Positions 38,557 through 48,583 of a DNA stretch of 64,000 nucleotides are shown piece by piece. Position numbers and translations under genes: made by a program. Position 1 is the stretch's first letter. Each line of letters starts with the position of its first letter. The notes beneath the pieces are model-generated. The model searched no databases. It was not told where the DNA came from and saw only the letters and a program-made list of their open reading frames with translations. The stretch covers positions 132,909 through 196,908 of the forward strand of contig CALHIR010000005.1 in NCBI GenBank assembly GCA_938030705.1. The letters are read 5' to 3'. The stretch is from Candidatus Poseidoniaceae archaeon. GTDB lineage: Archaea; Thermoplasmatota; Poseidoniia; Poseidoniales; Poseidoniaceae.

Positions 38557-41500
38557 CTAGCCTTTTGGTTGCCATGGCAAATCGGGAGACGACCTGACCC
38601 AAATCATGCCGCTTCCAGTTGGGTACTCTACCGTCTCGATGCCGTCAAGCATCATCCCCATCAAATCTGGATGAGGTGCATCATCACCGAGCAAACCTCC
38701 CGCGAGGGACCCTACCTGGAGTGAATCGACAACAGGCCCCGGATCGGAAATGGAATCGGGTGCATTGGAGGTCATGGCCGATTCGAAATCAACGGGTTCC
38801 TTGGCGTAATCATTTGAGCCCACGCCGTCAAACATCACCTGTTCAATTCGGTCTTCGTCTGACCAAACCTCAGTCCCATCTCGCTGTTTCTTTGGAGACC
38901 GAAGGAAGCCGATCAAAACCCCTGCGAGCACCAAAAACAGAACACCAGCAGAAGCATAGATGATGTCATTGGAAACGCTGGCTACAATATCGGCATTATC
39001 GCCTACTCCATCGCCATCGGTGTCTTTCGTTTCGGTCGGGTCTTCTGGAAACGCATCGTCTTCATCTGGAACGCCATCGCCATCGCCATCAAAGGCATCA
39101 TAGGTGGTCTCACAAACCACCGTGAGTAAATCCAATTCGACACGATCAATACGCTCATCATCGTTCACGTTGACAAGGTCGAAATTCGGATCATTTTTCC
39201 AACGATGAGATTCAAGAGCGGACAGCGCCACACTGTTTCGACCTTCGGAAAAGGCATCAAATACGGTCTCCAATTCCATGTCGCAGGTGCAAGCAAATTG
39301 CAATGCTTCCCTGTACTCGATTTGATTGTCGCCGTTGAGGTCAATTTCCTTGAGGTCGCCAAGAGGTATGTCAGCTGTTTTGAGTTCACCCTCGTCGAGA
39401 AGACCATCGCCGTTGATATCGGTCTCTTCAAAGAAGTCTGTCGCACTTTCAACACATGTCTCGACGCTTTCAGGTTCTTCCCCATCACCGGGCTCGATTG
39501 GCTCGATGGGCAATTCTGTTTCGTCCCAACGAGCGACCAGGCTGATTTCTTCTGAATCCGACAACCCCGTCATCGTGATGTCGATTCGGCCGTTCATGGG
39601 GGATTCAACACGCATCTTGTGATTGGTGCCGTCCTTTCCACTCGTCATCTCAAAGGATTCCGTCGAGACGTCCATGCCAAATTCAAGACCGGGCCGACCA
39701 CCTCCCTCAAAGAACTCCATTTCGTACTGAACGCCCTCGATGGTCAGCATGATATCTCCTGAACCCCCTGAGGATTCAATGGAAAAGACATTGCCCGGCT
39801 CGTCCAACATAGCGAAGAAGAAAATCTCTCCACCTTTACCCACGCTGATGCCTTCAAGCGGCTCATCATTGTAAAGCTCCAAGGGCGTACCATCGTAATC
39901 CCAAACATACCTGTCAGCAAACTCAGCGATAATATTCACGCCCGTGAACGCCGATTCTGAGGTGAGGAGAATGTACCACCAACCGGGGGTTGGGTCGTTG
40001 AAGGCGATACGATCGTCGGCGCCTTCCGCCGTCGAATGATGGTCGTAAGTGGCGGTGGTGGGCGCTTGATCCAAACGCATGTAGAGTGAGGCCTCTCCTG
40101 CACCATCGCTCAAATCAACAACGAGCCGTTCTGTCCCTTGAGGCACTTCGACCTTGAAGTATTGAGAAAGATCTTCATAGCCGCTGAGCAAACCGTATTC
40201 CACACCGGGAGTCAGCGTAATAGCATCCTCTGGGTCAACGTTTTCCGGAGGATAGACAAAGTCGGCCACGATGGTGAATCCACGAGCATTACGGAAGGTG
40301 TAGGCGGTGATGTAGTACAGTCCAGGCTCCACATCGAAGAGGTGGACTTCCTCTTCATTTCCTGGTCCAATGGACCATGATTCCATGACAGAAACGGTGT
40401 CGTCGCTCTTCCCAGGGTTCTCATCGTCAGAGCCAATGGGTTCCTCCCACCACAAGGTAGGTTCTGGAGGGCTGTAATAGGAGATACCAAGGTTGACATT
40501 GCCTTGTCCGTCGTACGTTCGGACGCGCAGGTCAGCAAGCGGTTCGGTGACATTCACGTAATAGAAATTCATGTTGACGTCCCCGTTACTGAAGGAACCA
40601 AAACCCACCTCTTGGTCAGTGACGGGGATGCTTTCCTTCAATTCGGTCATGTCGTCCAACGTGGGCGGAGGGTCAGCCATATCGGCCTCCAGGTCAATGG
40701 CCAAGTCCTCAACATCGGATTCAAGAATCATCGTAAACCACATGACGCCAACTTCGGGCCAGGACCAGGCCTCGTAGAGGAAACCCCATTCGCCGTATGA
40801 GGCCGTGTCGTGGTTCCATTCGTTCGGAATTTCATTGGCTTGAGCATAAACGGTGTATTCAGTCATCTCTTCACCAAATTTCAGAGAGTAGGAGTACCAG
40901 TACAATTCCCTGGTGTATTCTTCAATTTCAACAAAGAACAGCAAGGTGTCGCCGGCTGCAGCGAATTCTAACTCATAGCTTTCACCAACGAACAACTCAA
41001 CGGCTTGAGCGACGATGCTGCCGTCGGGCATGACCCAATCTGCGCCTTCAATAATGGCCATGTACTGCTCATTTGAATCCCAGGTCTCATCACCCTCGCC
41101 TTCCGGGAAATCGAGGTGCAATCGCAGTTCCATGTCATTGTGATTCACACCCGACCGAACAGTGATGTTGTCAAGAACCCCTTCAAAGTACGAACAATCA
41201 CATCCAGCACCCATGCGAGCGATGTAGAATTCATCGCAATCCTCTCCGGATTCAAAGCAATCGTTAGAGCCAAAATCACCCAAGGGGATGGCCGCATCCT
41301 CATCCATAACGACGCCTGCTTCTTGGCCGTTGAGATGGAAGGTGTAACCTTCGCCGACCACGACGTTCACCTGGACATGCGTCCATGTATCCACTTCGAC
41401 GGTAACGTTGGATACAGGGTGGCGCGAGAGACTGTATTCTGAAGAAAACGCAAGGTGTTCGCCCTGCAAGTACATGCCCCAACCATAATCACCTTTCATG

Positions 41501-42159
41501 AGAATAAATTGGTTGGATTCGGTATCGTAGGGGTAAATCCATGCTGAAAGTTCGAGGTGGGTCATGTTTGTCATGTCCAACTCCTCGTTATGGTCAATGA
41601 CAATGTGATCAGACTCGCCATCAAACCGAAGAGCATAGTCAGCACCAGGACCGATTTCCACCACACCGTAAACCGGGAAGTATTGTGGGTCGTTCTCCAA
41701 ATCGTTCCATGTACCGGGTTCAATATTTCCCATGTTGGTACTCGCAATGTGCACAAAGTGTTCGTCCCCACCCGCAGATGGCTGGGCTTCGCCCCAATTT
41801 CTGTAGAGGAACGGCGTGCCGTCGTGCCAGCGGTAAGCACCCTCATCTCCGGCATCCGAAAGCCCGGTCCACAAATGCCGAGACAGATTGTCCCAAGACG
41901 CAAAGGTGTCAAACAGCCAGGTGTTTTCGTCCTCATCATCCACGGTCACCAAAAAACCGTCCAAAGAACGGGCATAGGAGGCAGCATCCTCCCACGAAGA
42001 AGCCGTCAGGAGATGGTACGTGTTGTTATTGGATGGATTGATGGCGGAGTGCAGGACAGCCATGCCCTCATCATCTGGAGACTGTGCGCTCCCGTTCAGC
42101 ATCAAAGGCGAGACCAAACCGGTCAAGAAGAGAACGACGAGCAAAACGGCTTTGTTCAT
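38557..42159 (-). CDS. Large membrane-anchored surface protein: signal peptide, C-type lectin, LamG, PPC-like repeats, EF-hand-like and TSP3-like Ca-binding motifs, TM helix, acidic tail
   Basis: MNKAVLLVVLFL signal; W.DA...A....G.LV...WTGL.D...EG...W.DG..F.Y.NW (CTL); ALRFDG...WTHV (LamG); LSDGAG...LY.R...P..G.WYI (PPC); DINGDG.L...EL; DGDGDGVPD..DAFP.DP.E..D.DGDGVGDN. Confidence 0.85.
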   Translation of the reverse strand: MNKAVLLVVLFLTGLVSPLMLNGSAQSPDDEGMAVLHSAINPSNNNTYHLLTASSWEDAASYARSLDGFLVTVDDEDENTWLFDTFASWDNLSRHLWTGLSDAGDEGAYRWHDGTPFLYRNWGEAQPSAGGDEHFVHIASTNMGNIEPGTWNDLENDPQYFPVYGVVEIGPGADYALRFDGESDHIVIDHNEELDMTNMTHLELSAWIYPYDTESNQFILMKGDYGWGMYLQGEHLAFSSEYSLSRHPVSNVTVEVDTWTHVQVNVVVGEGYTFHLNGQEAGVVMDEDAAIPLGDFGSNDCFESGEDCDEFYIARMGAGCDCSYFEGVLDNITVRSGVNHNDMELRLHLDFPEGEGDETWDSNEQYMAIIEGADWVMPDGSIVAQAVELFVGESYELEFAAAGDTLLFFVEIEEYTRELYWYSYSLKFGEEMTEYTVYAQANEIPNEWNHDTASYGEWGFLYEAWSWPEVGVMWFTMILESDVEDLAIDLEADMADPPPTLDDMTELKESIPVTDQEVGFGSFSNGDVNMNFYYVNVTEPLADLRVRTYDGQGNVNLGISYYSPPEPTLWWEEPIGSDDENPGKSDDTVSVMESWSIGPGNEEEVHLFDVEPGLYYITAYTFRNARGFTIVADFVYPPENVDPEDAITLTPGVEYGLLSGYEDLSQYFKVEVPQGTERLVVDLSDGAGEASLYMRLDQAPTTATYDHHSTAEGADDRIAFNDPTPGWWYILLTSESAFTGVNIIAEFADRYVWDYDGTPLELYNDEPLEGISVGKGGEIFFFAMLDEPGNVFSIESSGGSGDIMLTIEGVQYEMEFFEGGGRPGLEFGMDVSTESFEMTSGKDGTNHKMRVESPMNGRIDITMTGLSDSEEISLVARWDETELPIEPIEPGDGEEPESVETCVESATDFFEETDINGDGLLDEGELKTADIPLGDLKEIDLNGDNQIEYREALQFACTCDMELETVFDAFSEGRNSVALSALESHRWKNDPNFDLVNVNDDERIDRVELDLLTVVCETTYDAFDGDGDGVPDEDDAFPEDPTETKDTDGDGVGDNADIVASVSNDIIYASAGVLFLVLAGVLIGFLRSPKKQRDGTEVWSDEDRIEQVMFDGVGSNDYAKEPVDFESAMTSNAPDSISDPGPVVDSLQVGSLAGGLLGDDAPHPDLMGMMLDGIETVEYPTGSGMIWVRSSPDLPWQPKG

Positions 42160-42341
42160 GATTTTACCACACGAGGTCCCTATATCAAAAGCATGGTATT
42201 TTGATCTGTACTTCATATCGCACCGTTGCACGATAGAGGCTTGAGATTTTACAGAATTAGATTGATGAATTTCATCCATCGACCAACCTTCTGTGAAGAC
42301 TTCATCAAGGTTTCAAATACAATGAATATTGCAGGAGAATC

Positions 42342-42794
42342 ATGCACGAAGAAGTTGGCATGAGAATTCGTGGCCTACTCGATGGCGAAGACGATTGGGT
42401 GGCTGCCATGGCTACGGTGGTCTGTGAACTCCACCATGCGTTTGACCATTTCCACTGGACGGGATTTTACCGAACCACGCAACCCAACCTCCTGAAAATT
42501 GGCCCTTACCAGGGCGGACATGGTTGCCTGGAGATTTCCTTTGACAAAGGCATCTGTGGAGCAGCGGCCCGTACGGGTGAGACCCAAGATGTCCCCGATG
42601 TCCATGCACGCCCCGAACACATTGCGTGCAGTTCAACCACCAACAGCGAAGTGGTGGTGCCGGTGAAGAGCAGCAGCGGTGCCGTTGTCGCTGTCCTTGA
42701 TGTTGACTCAGATGCACCGGCGGCATTTTCATCTACAGACGTGAACTTCCTCGAACAGATTTGCACCTACCTCGGAGCAAAGTTTCACGCCTAA
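42342..42794 (+). CDS. msrC: GAF-domain free methionine-R-sulfoxide reductase
   Basis: WTGFY, GPYQG..GC, GICG.AA, HIACSS...SEVVVP, VLDVDS motifs. Confidence 0.88.
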   Translation: MHEEVGMRIRGLLDGEDDWVAAMATVVCELHHAFDHFHWTGFYRTTQPNLLKIGPYQGGHGCLEISFDKGICGAAARTGETQDVPDVHARPEHIACSSTTNSEVVVPVKSSSGAVVAVLDVDSDAPAAFSSTDVNFLEQICTYLGAKFHA

Positions 42795-42798
42795 TGGT

Positions 42799-45700
42799 TT
42801 ACTGTAACTTCTTTCCACCGATACGCAATTCGGTCTGCAGTGGCATTTGATGTTCCCAAGCAAATTCTTTGACGATCCGCCATGCTTTTTCAGAACCTTC
42901 GTAATCCTTCACGTCAATGACTTTGTTCCGAGTGTTCGCCTTGAAAGCAGCGACGGGCTCGGCATTTCTGAAGACCAAGTAAGCTGAACCAAATCCAAAC
43001 CGTTCCTTCATGATGTCTGCAAAATACGGGGCAATGGGATCGGAGGGCGGAAGGACGAAATCACGAATGGCAGGGATGGAGCGAGCCTCCTCCAGCATTT
43101 CTTTTCGACCCCAGCAGACTTGATGGAAATCTTCGATGAGGAAGCCTTTGATGAGCGTCCCGTCCTCTTCAAACGTGTTGAGGACCGCTTTGAGCTCTTC
43201 TGGTTTGAACGACGGACCCGCCAATTGCGTCATTTGACGAAGGGTGATGACCGGGAACTTCTCAGCCAATTTACGGATGTATTCCTTCCGGAGTTCTGCC
43301 CTATCGACGCCCTCAGGAACGAAGACGCTGCGGAAACCTCCTCTGAAGTCCTGCACAATATGACCTGTCCGAATGAGCGGTTGAACCAACTTTCTAAACT
43401 CTGATTGGGTCAGTGCATGGCGTTCTTTGAACAAGTTCGGGTCCGAATGGCTGGCAAAGAATTCCACAATGTCCCACAATTCCTCGTCTGCAGGCTGATT
43501 CCGAATGGCGAGAATTTCTTGGAAATGCTCGTAGGAAGCCCACACCTGGTGCCCGCGTAAATTGATGCCTTGGTGGAGGCGATGGGCACTGGCCATGCTC
43601 TTTAGGTCGACGCGATAGAGTTCACTGCGCCCCCGGAGGGCGAAATCATCTCGGATTTCATCCACCTTTTTGAGCGCCATAATTTCGTTTTCAAGACGCG
43701 TTGACTGGTGGAGATGGTGCTTGTGGAAGAGCGCCCTTTCTGCAATCTCCCGAGGCTGGGGGTCAACCACGGCTCCACGAATCATTCGTTCTCCCGTCAG
43801 TTTGAACCCGATGCCTTCCAAAGCCTGACGGGTGGTTTCATCAAGCGAAGTGATGGGTTCACTGTTGAAGTTGGAAAGAACCGAAACATCGACGAGTTGA
43901 GCAGCATGGTTTTCCAGAAGCACCTCAAACGCTTGACAGAATTCATCAAGGTAAGCCGTCGGCACGTGAAGGTCTTTGATTTCGAGATAGTCATTCACTT
44001 TGAACATCAAGACCTTCCCGATCGGATCAACACCCTTGAAGATGGGAAGATACCAACCTCGGTCCAAAACGCTGCGAACTTCCCATATGAACCGAGACAC
44101 ATAGGGGTCGGATTGGGTCAGGATTCGAACCGTTCGGTCCTCTCGCCGGGGGCGCATCAATTCATCAACTTCATCCGGAGCGCAAAAGAAGGCTTCCGGT
44201 TCAGGGACCAAGGCCATGACCTTGGCAATCCTGCCAGCCGATTCCAGATTCATGAGAGCGATGGTCAATTCCTCAAAACTTCGCGAGACATAGAACCGCA
44301 ACGTGCTGGCTTTCACCGGCCCCATACGCCGAATCACTTCCTCCAGGGCATCCTCGAACGAGAGGATAGGATACACATCCAGGACCCGATGGAACAAGGA
44401 CAATCGCCGGCGACGGCCTGCCACCTCCTCAAATTGTTTCACCACGAGCATCTGGCGTTCGAGGTTATTGAGCGCGTTCTTCAAGTCTCTTTGCAAGGAT
44501 TTGTGCTCGTCCCCCTTTGGGTAGCCCTGCATGATCTCTTGGCGAGTTACGTTCTCACCGGGTGGAATTTTACTCAAAATCTCTTCTTCCATCGGGCCCA
44601 TCCAAGGTTCGGGCTTGAGACCGAGCAACATCGGGATGTTTCGCTTGGTCGTGTAGCCAATGCGATTGTGGAGCAAGCGACCCATGATGACGTCAGAATC
44701 CAATTGCACATCGGTCCAATCGTTGAACGCAAACTCATCAACGCGGTAGAGCAGTTCCTGCTGCTTCTGGAACAAGACGTGTTCGTTGAATGCGGTGAAA
44801 CTATCGTTGTATTGATGGAATGATTTGTCGAGCACCATGTTCTGAATCCACCGGTATTCAACCACTTCCTCTTCGCCACCGGTAAGCCGATGTTCATCGA
44901 TTTTCAGGATGTACTCCGCATCGTTGGTTTGGATGAAGAAGCCAACCGAAATCACATTCCGTCCTTCCAACTCGTGAAGATTTCGCTCGATAAGCGTTTG
45001 AGGGAACGGAAGACGTTCAACCATCTCTTCGGATGTTTTTGGCCCTTCTGAACCGAGCATTTCGATGATCTTGACGCGCAGGGCTTCCTGAGGGTCTCCA
45101 AGCGAACGTTCTTCCCAATCCACCGGTTTAGTTCCATCAAAAGCGGTGGCGATTTTGTAAGTGAGCCCCTTGGTATGGAGTTCAAGTAAATTCTCAACCT
45201 CCTTCCCACCTGCAACCGCCAAGCATCCGAGAGTGCCGTGGATTTCTGCCATGTAAGGGGCAAACCATTTGCCGTCGAGTTCTTCTTGTCCGGTCCCGTC
45301 AAGTTTGGTGATTTGTCCGGACTGGCAGAGTTCTCCCACCCAACCACGAATCGTGTCCAGCGGTATATTGGCCAATTTTTCTTTGTAGAGAGGATTGTTG
45401 AATTCCCGGTCCAATCCGCCACCGTGGCTCATCAAGCGGAACAATTCCTTGGCGTTGGTCGGCACCGGCGCTTTATCGGTGTAGTACGTATTGAGTTGTT
45501 CACTGGACAATTCAGTGGCCAACGACCGGGTGCCGAGCAGACGTTGCAAAATGCTGGGGTCAATGTCTTTGACAAGGAAAGCACGGGTTTTCATCGACAT
45601 CAAATCTTCAAACGCCGACATGAAGAGGGACATGCCGAGGCGTGATGGGACGACGACCTTGGTGTGGACGATCCGTGCATCGCCCGACACACAAGCGCTG

Positions 45701-48081
45701 AGGAAATGTTCCAGACCGATAAGGTCGATGTCGCCGAACATGATTTCGTTCTTGGCTTCACGCATCAGTAAACTGCCGTCCATGGTTCGGTGTTTCTGCA
45801 ACAAGGCCTCGGCACGCTGTTGGAACTGTTGCGGACTGATTTCTTCAGCACCCATCCGTTTCGGAATGATGAGTGAGCGCCCAGAAACTTCTCTAAATCG
45901 TTTGGCAAAAATTTGCGTGTTGATGATGTAGCGTTCAATGACGTCAGAGTGATTGTTTTCGCGGAAGGCCCTGTACATCTCGCCCGGGTCAACTTCCTGA
46001 GACGTCTTCAGCAGCAGGCCGTTTTCGTCAAAGGACATTTCGATGACAGCGATGTTGTTGGCTTCGGCCAATCCAGCCATGAAGTACCCCAAGGCTGTGT
46101 TGAAGCCTCGACCACGGCAGGTGGTGATCATGTAGGTCGGGAAGGCCCCGCTGATGACCTGTTCCACCAATATCCTCCTTGAATCAGGGACTTGGAACGA
46201 GTCAATGGAATGCTCTTCGAGGTGTCGAGCAATAGCATTGGCCACCTCGTTGGACAATCCGTAGACTTCCCGAAGCAACATACGGGGGTCTTGCTCCCGT
46301 CTTAATGCGACAATGCAATGACCGATGAGGTCCAACAAAGCTTGCGAAAGTTCTCGGCTCCGACTCCGTGCCTCACCCGACCATGAAGGAATGGTGGGGC
46401 GATGCCCGGTGACACTGGTAACGTTCACCCGTGTTCCTTGGATGTTGGTCACTCTATAGGTGGAACCGCCGAGAAGAATGACATCGCCAGTACGCAGATT
46501 GGAAACGAACGAACCCGATAGTTTCCCGAGAATGGACCCCTCAGCGTTAAACACCAAGTAGGAATTATCCGGGGCGATGGTCCCGATGTTGGTGTAGTAA
46601 ATCATTCGGGAATAACCACGCTTGCCGAAGATGTTTTCTTCCCAATCAATCCATATTCGGCGCTCATCTTCGAGCATATCAAGCACTTCAATGAAATCAT
46701 CGTACTCGAAATTTCTGTAGGACCAAGAGTTCACAATGATCTCGAAGGCTTCATCGATGTCCAGCTCGTTGATAATGACCAAACCGATGATGAATTGCGC
46801 GACCACATCCAAACAATTCTGTGGGAAATCAAGTCGGTCCATATCACCGGTTTGAATCGCTGCTTGGAGAGCGGCGAGTTCAATGAGGTCGTCCACACTT
46901 GTCGGTAAGAAACGGGCACGGGGAATGCCCCCGACGTGGTGGCCTGCACGGCCGATGCGTTGCAGAGCCGTGGCGATGTCTCCCGGACTTCCAACCTGCA
47001 GCACCAAGTCAACCGACCCGATGTCAATACCCATTTCGAGTGATGATGAAGTGACCACGGCTCGCAAATGGCCGTACTTGAGTTTCTTTTCCACGTCCAA
47101 TCGAATGTTCTTATCCATCGAACCGTGGTGTCCTGCAACCAATTCACCGAGGAATGGACGGAGTTTTTGGACGATGGTTTCGGTCATTTTTCTGGTGTTT
47201 GCAAACACCAACGTGGTGGTGTGGGCACTGATGAGGTCGGCTATGGCTTCGATGTTATACTCCAATACCTTGACCATGGAGAGATCGCTGAATTTAGGAT
47301 GCGTGATGAGAATGTCCAAGTCCAGTTCCCTTGAGCCTGAAATTTTTGCGATGGAAACCGATGTCGGCTGGCCTCTCGCCTCGCGGTCATCACTGCTCAC
47401 GAGGTATTCTGCGACCGTTTCGAGAGGCTCCATCGTTGCTGAAATCCCGATTCTTTGAACTGGATTCTTCAACAAGGAATCGAGAAGGGAGAGGGTCAAC
47501 GAAAGATGAACGCCTCGTTTCGTGGAGACCATCGAATGCAATTCGTCGATAATCATGTACTCAACTTCGCTGACGATGGGTTGGAAGCGTGGGGAGGTGA
47601 TGGCAATGGCCAAGCTCTCTGGCGTAGTGATCAGAATATGCGGGGGTTTCCGGAGCATTTTCTGCCGGTCAGATTGCGAGGTATCCCCGGTACGAAGTCC
47701 AACGCGAATCTCTTGCGCCCGGTCCGGCAGATAGTGTTCTGTAATTTCATTCAGTGGACCGATAAGGTTTCGCTGGATGTCATTGGCTAGGGCCTTGATG
47801 GGTGAGATGTAAATGGCATGCACCTTTTTCTCGAGCTTATTTTCCAAGGCCAAGCGAACCAATTGATCGATGACCGTCAAAAAGGCGGTCAAGGTTTTTC
47901 CAGAACCGGTTGGTGAACAGAGCAGAAGGTGTTGCTTATCCATGATGGCGGGGATGGCCAGTTTTTGAGGGCGAGTAAAATCCGGGAATTTGTCTTTGAA
48001 CCACTGCCGAACGGGTGGGCACAACCGCTCAAGCAACGCCTCGGACTCCAGCGGGGAATCCAAGTAAACAATCTCAGCCAT
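42799..48081 (-). CDS. lhr: Lhr-family SF2 helicase, long form (1760 aa) with C-terminal winged-helix/AlkZ-like region
   Basis: PTGSGKT, SPIKALAND, TTPESL, DELH, SAT, HHGS, SLEMGIDIG, QRIGRAGH motifs; about 900 aa extra at the C-terminus. Confidence 0.93.
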   Translation of the reverse strand: MAEIVYLDSPLESEALLERLCPPVRQWFKDKFPDFTRPQKLAIPAIMDKQHLLLCSPTGSGKTLTAFLTVIDQLVRLALENKLEKKVHAIYISPIKALANDIQRNLIGPLNEITEHYLPDRAQEIRVGLRTGDTSQSDRQKMLRKPPHILITTPESLAIAITSPRFQPIVSEVEYMIIDELHSMVSTKRGVHLSLTLSLLDSLLKNPVQRIGISATMEPLETVAEYLVSSDDREARGQPTSVSIAKISGSRELDLDILITHPKFSDLSMVKVLEYNIEAIADLISAHTTTLVFANTRKMTETIVQKLRPFLGELVAGHHGSMDKNIRLDVEKKLKYGHLRAVVTSSSLEMGIDIGSVDLVLQVGSPGDIATALQRIGRAGHHVGGIPRARFLPTSVDDLIELAALQAAIQTGDMDRLDFPQNCLDVVAQFIIGLVIINELDIDEAFEIIVNSWSYRNFEYDDFIEVLDMLEDERRIWIDWEENIFGKRGYSRMIYYTNIGTIAPDNSYLVFNAEGSILGKLSGSFVSNLRTGDVILLGGSTYRVTNIQGTRVNVTSVTGHRPTIPSWSGEARSRSRELSQALLDLIGHCIVALRREQDPRMLLREVYGLSNEVANAIARHLEEHSIDSFQVPDSRRILVEQVISGAFPTYMITTCRGRGFNTALGYFMAGLAEANNIAVIEMSFDENGLLLKTSQEVDPGEMYRAFRENNHSDVIERYIINTQIFAKRFREVSGRSLIIPKRMGAEEISPQQFQQRAEALLQKHRTMDGSLLMREAKNEIMFGDIDLIGLEHFLSACVSGDARIVHTKVVVPSRLGMSLFMSAFEDLMSMKTRAFLVKDIDPSILQRLLGTRSLATELSSEQLNTYYTDKAPVPTNAKELFRLMSHGGGLDREFNNPLYKEKLANIPLDTIRGWVGELCQSGQITKLDGTGQEELDGKWFAPYMAEIHGTLGCLAVAGGKEVENLLELHTKGLTYKIATAFDGTKPVDWEERSLGDPQEALRVKIIEMLGSEGPKTSEEMVERLPFPQTLIERNLHELEGRNVISVGFFIQTNDAEYILKIDEHRLTGGEEEVVEYRWIQNMVLDKSFHQYNDSFTAFNEHVLFQKQQELLYRVDEFAFNDWTDVQLDSDVIMGRLLHNRIGYTTKRNIPMLLGLKPEPWMGPMEEEILSKIPPGENVTRQEIMQGYPKGDEHKSLQRDLKNALNNLERQMLVVKQFEEVAGRRRRLSLFHRVLDVYPILSFEDALEEVIRRMGPVKASTLRFYVSRSFEELTIALMNLESAGRIAKVMALVPEPEAFFCAPDEVDELMRPRREDRTVRILTQSDPYVSRFIWEVRSVLDRGWYLPIFKGVDPIGKVLMFKVNDYLEIKDLHVPTAYLDEFCQAFEVLLENHAAQLVDVSVLSNFNSEPITSLDETTRQALEGIGFKLTGERMIRGAVVDPQPREIAERALFHKHHLHQSTRLENEIMALKKVDEIRDDFALRGRSELYRVDLKSMASAHRLHQGINLRGHQVWASYEHFQEILAIRNQPADEELWDIVEFFASHSDPNLFKERHALTQSEFRKLVQPLIRTGHIVQDFRGGFRSVFVPEGVDRAELRKEYIRKLAEKFPVITLRQMTQLAGPSFKPEELKAVLNTFEEDGTLIKGFLIEDFHQVCWGRKEMLEEARSIPAIRDFVLPPSDPIAPYFADIMKERFGFGSAYLVFRNAEPVAAFKANTRNKVIDVKDYEGSEKAWRIVKEFAWEHQMPLQTELRIGGKKLQ

Positions 48082-48153
48082 TTGTTTTGTCCACCCTATG
48101 GTGTTGGAGCGAACTGAGTATATAAAAAAAGATTGCGTAGGATTGCCTATACA

Positions 48154-48510
48154 TCAGGGCCAGCGAGTGGAGCGCTTTTTCCAACGAACGACCGTTTCAG
48201 TTTTAGGGCCCTCAGCATGGAAAACCAGAGGAGAAACGGCCGAATTGGGGGGTACGCCTACCTCGTGGAGGGCGTCAGTTGGACATGAACCAATACAAGA
48301 GAGGCAACCGACACATCGTTGTTCAAGAACCACCACGGGCCGCTTTCCATGTTTCCGTCCCGGCGGATTGATTTGCAGCGGGAGCAGTGCCTCAAAGGGG
48401 CAATGCAAGATGCACAGGTCACAACCGGTGCAATCATCTTCAATGATAGCCACCATGGCTTGACCCATGCCCACGGGTTTTCGTGGATGGCTATAATGCT
48501 GTGTCTCCAT
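48154..48510 (-). CDS. 2x[4Fe-4S] ferredoxin-like protein
   Basis: CTGCDLC...CP and CVGCLSC...CP motifs. Confidence 0.85.
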   Translation of the reverse strand: METQHYSHPRKPVGMGQAMVAIIEDDCTGCDLCILHCPFEALLPLQINPPGRKHGKRPVVVLEQRCVGCLSCIGSCPTDALHEVGVPPNSAVSPLVFHAEGPKTETVVRWKKRSTRWP

Positions 48511-48583
48511 AAATTGAGCCGCTTCGGCTTCGCTGTGGTGAAGTTCATAGGTTCGCCTCTTCAGCCAAGGTACAGAGGCGAGG

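Noticed and set aside
38557-39000. Large surface protein as the archaeosortase substrate
   Set aside because: The TM helix is followed by about 110 aa and there is no PGF/PEF-like motif, so it is not a CTERM signal.
38990-39100. Short tandem CCATCG-type repeats
   Set aside because: They encode the DGDGDG calcium-binding motifs of the surface protein and are not CRISPR or independent repeats.
38444-42341. tRNA-anchored integrated element
   Set aside because: No integrase, no duplicated tRNA 3' end and no mobile genes were seen. The tRNA 3' end abuts the convergent OYE gene.
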